In this document: positions 58,864 through 64,000 of the stretch, in pieces
Layout: the number at the start of each line of letters is the position of its first letter
Numbering within the stretch: the first letter of the stretch is position 1
Assembly: GCA_031379415.1 (NCBI GenBank)
Contig: JANNFE010000166.1
Location: forward strand, 156 to 64,155
DNA length: 64,000 bases
Source of the DNA: Betaproteobacteria bacterium
GTDB taxonomy: Bacteria; Pseudomonadota; Gammaproteobacteria; Burkholderiales; Burkholderiaceae_C
Reading direction: 5' to 3'
The notes under the pieces: generated by a model
What the model was told of the DNA's origin: nothing
The model's database searches: none
What the model saw: the letters and a program-made list of their open reading frames with translations, nothing else
Program-made: the position numbers and the translations under genes

Positions 58864-61800
58864 GCCGCCTGAGCCCGCCGCCGCAGCAGCGCGTAGACCG
58901 CCGGCACCACCAGCAGCGACAGCAGCGGTGCCGTGACCATGCCGCCGAGCATGGGCGCGGCGATGCGGCTCATGACCTCTGAACCGGTGCCGCTGCCCCA
59001 GACGATGGGCACCAGGCCGGCCAGGATCACCGCCACCGTCATGGCCTTGGGCCGCACGCGCAGCACGGCGCCTTCGCGGATGGCGTCGTCCACCAGGGCG
59101 GGGCTGTGCACGGCGCCCGCGTTCAGCCGGTCCTGCAGTGCGTGTTTCAGGTAGATGAGCATGACGACCCCGAACTCCGCGCTGACCCCGGCCAGCGCGA
59201 TGAAGCCCACGCCGGTGGCGATGGACAGGTGGTAACCCAGTGCGTAGAGGAACCACACGCCGCCGGTCAGCGCGAAGGGCAGCGTGGCCATGATCAGCAC
59301 GGCCTCGTCGACCCGGCGGAAGGTCAGGTAGAGCAGCACGAAGATGATGCCCAGGGTGGCCGGCACCACCACCTGCAGCCGCGCGTTGGCGCGCTCCATG
59401 AACTCGAACTGGCCCGAGTAGGCGATGCTCACGCCAGGCTCCAGCTTCACGCCTGCGGCCACAGCGCGTTTCAGGTCGGCGGCCACCGCGGCCAGGTCGC
59501 GCCCGCGCACGTCCACGTAGACCCAGCTCGCCAGGCGCGCGTTCTCGCTCTTCAGCATCGGCGGGCCTTCGCTCAGCGTGATGGCGGCCACCGTGCCCAG
59601 CGTGATCTGCGCGCCCAGCGGCGTGACGAAGGGCAGCTCGCGCAGCTTCTGCGGCGTGTCGCGCAGTTCACGCGGGTAGCGCAGGTTGATGGGGAAACGC
59701 GCCAGCCCCTCGACGGTTTCACCGGCCATCTGGCCGCCCACCGCGCCGGCCACAATGGCCTGCACGTCGGCGATGTTCAGGCCGTAGCGCGCCGCGGCGG
59801 CGCGGTCGATCTGCACGTCGACGTAGCGCCCGCCGGTGAACCGTTCGGCCAGCGACGAACTGACGCCCGGTACGCCCTTCGCCACCTGTTCCACGGCGGC
59901 GGCCACGCGGTCCAGGGCCCGCAGGTCGGTGCCCGAGACCTTCACGCCGATGGGGCTCTTGATGCCGGTGGCCAGCATGTCGATGCGGTTGCGGATGGGC
60001 GGTACCCAGATGTTGGCCAGGCCAGGGATCTTCACCGCGGCGTCGAGCTCCTCCACCAGCTTCTCAGGCGTCATGCCGGGCCGCCACTGCTCGCGCGGCT
60101 TCAGCTGGATGGTGGTCTCGAACATCTCCATCGGCGCCGGGTCGGTGGCCGTCTCGGCGCGGCCGGCCTTGCCGAAGACACGCGCCACTTCGGGCACCGT
60201 CTTGATCATGCGGTCGGTCTGCTGCAGCAGTTCACCCGCCTTGGCGGCCGACAGGCCCGGCAGCGCCGTGGGCATGTAGAGCAGGTCGCCTTCGTCCAGC
60301 GCCGGCAGGAACTCGCCGCCCAGGTGCAGCAGCGGCCAGGCCGTGGTGGCCAGCAGCAGCACCGCCACGCCCAGCGTGGCCTTGGGGAAGCGCAGCACAC
60401 CGTCGAGCACCGGCCGGTAGGCCTTGATCAGCACGCGGCTGATGGGGTTGCGGCTTTCGTCGGGAATGCGGCCGCGGACCCAGTAGCCCATCAGCACAGG
60501 CACCAGCGTGGCCGACAGCAGCGCCGCCGCCGCCATCGCATAGGTCTTGGTGTAGGCCAGCGGCCCGAAGAGCCGCCCTTCCTGGGCCTGCAGCGTGAAC
60601 ACCGGTATGAAGCTCAGCGTGATGATGAGCAGGCTGAAGAAGAGCGCCGGGCCCACTTCCACTGCGGCTGCGGTGACCACGCGCCAGTGCTCGTCGCCTT
60701 GCAGCTGCTGATCAGGATGCGCGTGCTGCCAGGCTTCCATCTTCTTGTGCGCGTTTTCGATCATCACCACCGCCGCATCCACCATCGCCCCGATGGCGAT
60801 GGCGATGCCGCCCAGCGACATGATGTTGGCGTTGATGCCCTGCAGGTGCATCACCCCGAAGGCCGCGCCCACGCCCAGCGGCAGCGAGACGATGGCCACC
60901 AGCGACGAGCGCAGGTGCCACAGGAAGAGCACGCAGACCAGCGCCACCACGGCAAATTCTTCCAGCAGCTTGATGGCCAGGTTGCGCACCGCACGTTCGA
61001 TGAGCTGGCTGCGGTCGTAGGTGGTGATCAGCTCCACGCCGGCCGGCAAGCTTTTCTGCAGCTCCGCCAGCCGCGCCTTCACGGCGGTGATGGCGGCCTG
61101 CGCGTCGGCACCCGAGCGCAGGATGATGACGCCGCCCGTCACTTCGCCCTGCCCGTCCAGTTCGGCGATGCCGCGGCGCATCTCAGGGCCGGTCTGCACG
61201 AAGGCCACGTCGGCGAGCCGCACGGGCACGCCGTCGCGCGACTTCAGCGGGATGGCGCGAAAGTCGTCCAGCGTCCGGAGGTAGCCGCTGGCGCGCACCA
61301 TGTATTCGGCCTCGGCCAGTTCCAGCACCGAGCCGCCGGCCTCCTGGTTGGCCGCCATCAGCGCCATGCGCACCTGCTCGAAGGTGATGCCGTAGGCGGC
61401 CAGCTTCTGGGGGTCGGCCACCACCTGGTACTGCTTCACCATGCCGCCGACCGTGGCCACCTCGGCCACGCCGGGCACGCTCTTCAGTTCGTACTTCAGG
61501 AACCAGTCCTGCAAGGCGCGCAGCTGCGACAGGTCCTGCCGGCCGGTCTTGTCGACCAGCGCGTACTGGAAGATCCAACCCACGCCGGTGGCGTCGGGGC
61601 CGAGCGCGGTCTTCGCCGTGGCCGGCAGCCGACCCTGCACCTGGTTGAGGTACTCGAGCACGCGCGAACGCGCCCAGTAGAGGTCGGTGCCGTCCTCGAA
61701 CAGCACGTAGACGAAGCTGTCGCCGAAGAAGGAATAGCCGCGCACCGTCTTCGCGCCGGGCACCGAGAGCATGGTGGTGGCAAGCGGATACGTCACCTGG

Positions 61801-61988
61801 TTCTCGACGATCTGCGGCGCCTGCCCGGGCAGCGTGGTGCGGATGATGACCTGCACGTCCGACAGGTCCGGCAGCGCGTCGATGGGCGTGGCGCGCACCG
61901 CCCACACGCCCCAGGCGGCGATGAACAGCGTGCACAGCAGCACCAGTAAGCGGTTGGCCACCGAGGCGCGAATGAGCGCGGCGATCAC
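58860..61988 (-). CDS. cusA: CusA family Cu(I)/Ag(I) RND efflux pump
   Basis: [42 protein letters not shown]; Met triad [21 protein letters not shown]. Confidence 0.95.
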
Positions 61989-63229
61989 TTACCCATCTCC
62001 ATGGCCGGCGCCGAGGCGGCAGGCGATGAAGTACGACCCACCACGCCGCCCAGGCTGGCCTCGGAGTCGATGAGGAACTGCCCCGAAGCCACCACCTGCT
62101 GGCCTTCCTGCAGGCCCTGGGTGATGACCATCCGGCCGCCCGCTTCGCGGCCGAGCTGCACATTCACCGGACGGTAGCGCCCGCCCTCGTCGACCACGAA
62201 GACCAGCGCGCGCTGCCCGGTGCGGATGACGGCTTCGCTGGGCACCAGCAGCGCCTCTTCGGCCGGTGCGCCCAGCGAGGCCACGCCGGCCATGCCGGCC
62301 TTCAGGCGCGCGCCGGGGTTGGGCAGTTCGATGCGCGCGCGCAAGGTCCGCGTCTCGCGGCTGATGTCGGGCAGCACGGCTGCGATGCGGCCCTGCAGCG
62401 GCGTGCCGGGGTAGGCGGTGAGCGTCACGGCCACCGTGCGCCCCACTGCAAGCTGCCCGGCTTGCGCTTCGGGCACCGCCACTTCCAGCCACATCGTGGC
62501 CAGGCCGTTGATGCGCGCCAGCGTCGCGCCCATGGGCAAGGACATGCCGGCCCGCACGCCCAGCTCCATGATCACGCCGCCCACCGGGCTGGTGATGGCC
62601 AGCAGCGGCTGCGCGCGGCCCTGGCGTTCGACATCGGCGATCAGCGCTTCGGGCATGCCCAGCAGCACCAGCCGCTGGCGCGCCGCGGCCGCAAGGCCGG
62701 CTTCGCTGCTGCGCAGCGCCAGGTACTCCATCTGCGCGCCGGCCCATTCGGGTACGCGCAGCTCGGCCAGCAGCGCACCCGCGCCCACCACGTCGCCCAC
62801 GGCGTGTGGCATCACGCGTTCGACAAAGCCGGCCGTGCGCGTCTGCACCACCACCACGTCGCGCTCGTTGAAGCCGATGGTGCCCACGGCCTCGAAGCTG
62901 CTGGCCACACGCTCGCGTGTTACGACCGCCAAGCGCAGGCCCAGGCTCTGCGCCACGCGCGGGTCCACGGCCACACCACCGCTGGACATCTGATCGGCGT
63001 ACTTGGGCACGAGGTCCATGTCCATGAAAGGCGAGCGGCCGGGTTTGTCGAAACGCGCCTCGGGCTTCATGGGGTCGTACCAATACAAGGCCTTGCGTTC
63101 GGCCTCGACAGGCGCCGAGACGGCCACGGCGGCGTGTTCCGCGCCAGCGTTCAGGCGCCCCAGGCCGTAGCCGGCGGCCACCGCGGCCGCCAGCGCCAGG
63201 GCGGCGATCAAGAGGGTTCGGGTGTTCAT
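61985..63229 (-). CDS. cusB: CusB family membrane fusion protein
   Basis: [25 protein letters not shown] Met-rich metal site, [27 protein letters not shown]. Confidence 0.93.
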   Translation of the reverse strand: MNTRTLLIAALALAAAVAAGYGLGRLNAGAEHAAVAVSAPVEAERKALYWYDPMKPEARFDKPGRSPFMDMDLVPKYADQMSSGGVAVDPRVAQSLGLRLAVVTRERVASSFEAVGTIGFNERDVVVVQTRTAGFVERVMPHAVGDVVGAGALLAELRVPEWAGAQMEYLALRSSEAGLAAAARQRLVLLGMPEALIADVERQGRAQPLLAITSPVGGVIMELGVRAGMSLPMGATLARINGLATMWLEVAVPEAQAGQLAVGRTVAVTLTAYPGTPLQGRIAAVLPDISRETRTLRARIELPNPGARLKAGMAGVASLGAPAEEALLVPSEAVIRTGQRALVFVVDEGGRYRPVNVQLGREAGGRMVITQGLQEGQQVVASGQFLIDSEASLGGVVGRTSSPAASAPAMEMGK

Positions 63230-64000
63230 GGACGTGTCTCCGTGGAGAGAAAGCTCAGCCTGGCCAACAGCGCGGCCATGCGGGCTTCGAGTTCGATGGC
63301 GCGCAGCGCCAGTTCGACCTGCTCGCGCCGCGCCGTCAGCACCGCGGCGAGCTCGCCGCGACCGGCCTCGTAGGCGGCCATCGCCAGGCTCACGCGCTGG
63401 CGCGCCAGCGGCGCCGCGCTGTCCTGCAGGCGTTGCCGCTTGTGCGCCAGTTCGTCGGCCTCGGCGCGCTGCAGGTCCAGCTCTTCGCGGCGGCGGCGCA
63501 TGAAGTCCTCGCGTTCGGCGGCGATGCGCTCGGCGTCCTTGCGGCGTGCCGTGATCTGCGGGTTCTGGCGCTGCTCACGCCACAGCGGCAGCTCGAAGCT
63601 GATGGCGAAGCTCACCATGTCGCCATAGGCCGAGTTGCGCTTGGCGTAGCCGACCTGCCAGCCCCAGTCGCCGCGGGCCATGGCCATCGCCTCGGCGATG
63701 TCGGCCTGGGCCATTTGCGCCATCGGTGCGTAGACCTGGGCGTCGGTGTGCTGCGCCAGGTCGACCGCGGGTGGCGCAAAGGTCGGCGGGCCGCCGGACA
63801 GCGGCCAGGTTGCGGCGTCCCCCAGCCAGCGCAGCAGCGAGGCCATGGCCTTGGCGCGTTCGCGCTGCAGCTCGTCGCGGCGGTCGGCCAGCATCAGCGT
63901 GTCCTGCGCCGCCATGGTGGCATCGGCCGGCATGGCCTTGCCGCTGGCGATGCGCGCATCGAGCGTGCTGCGCAGCAGCTGGTTTTCGTCTTCCAGCGCC
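63226..64000 (-). CDS. cusC: TolC/CusC family outer-membrane efflux protein (3' part, start beyond window)
   Basis: DWGWQVGY.KR...YGDMVS..IS.ELPLW...RQ, A..AYEAG.G.L..VL.AR helical repeats; first gene of the cus operon. Confidence 0.8.
   Translation of the reverse strand, partial: ALEDENQLLRSTLDARIASGKAMPADATMAAQDTLMLADRRDELQRERAKAMASLLRWLGDAATWPLSGGPPTFAPPAVDLAQHTDAQVYAPMAQMAQADIAEAMAMARGDWGWQVGYAKRNSAYGDMVSFAISFELPLWREQRQNPQITARRKDAERIAAEREDFMRRRREELDLQRAEADELAHKRQRLQDSAAPLARQRVSLAMAAYEAGRGELAAVLTARREQVELALRAIELEARMAALLARLSFLSTETRP

Overview
High-GC (roughly 70% by eye) window, probably from a Burkholderiales betaproteobacterium (inferred from gene content), that reads as one large low-oxygen/anaerobic respiration island. 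Left to right: the end of a CheB/CheR-PAS gene and a PAS partner; an exported Cys-repeat protein, an OmpA protein and a lipoprotein with 3 Ig-like domains plus a DUF3494 (ice-binding-like) domain; two Crp/Fnr regulators flanking an Fe-S D-lactate dehydrogenase (Dld-II type); an octaheme (TvNiR/ONR-type) ammonifying nitrite reductase between a CcmF/NrfE heme lyase and a CcmI/NrfG-like TPR gene; hemerythrin, FadF/Hdr-like, Coq10-cNMP and HyaE-like genes; an extracellular electron transfer cluster (MtoD-like bis-His monoheme, NapC/CymA-like tetraheme, MtrC, a ComEA-like HhH protein, MtrA, MtrB); a complete atypical nuoA-N operon 148 bp downstream of mtrB; cNMP protein, PaaK-like ligase, PhaC, Cfa; LysR/methyltransferase/Bug; bactofilin/M23; an APH-kinase; a three-gene GltD-like plus 2-oxoacid oxidoreductase (KorCAB-like) operon; CBS protein; P2A ATPase; and CusCBA. 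About eleven FNR-like boxes mark nearly every respiratory promoter. The best candidate for a new system is a complex I whose NuoF naturally carries Ala at the position of E. coli Glu183 and Arg at the adenine-stacking Phe (a predicted NADPH pocket), linked to an Mtr conduit and an NADP-linked 2-oxoacid oxidoreductase. No rRNA, tRNA, CRISPR array, transposase or integrase was recognised. All calls come from manual motif recognition; no database searches were run.
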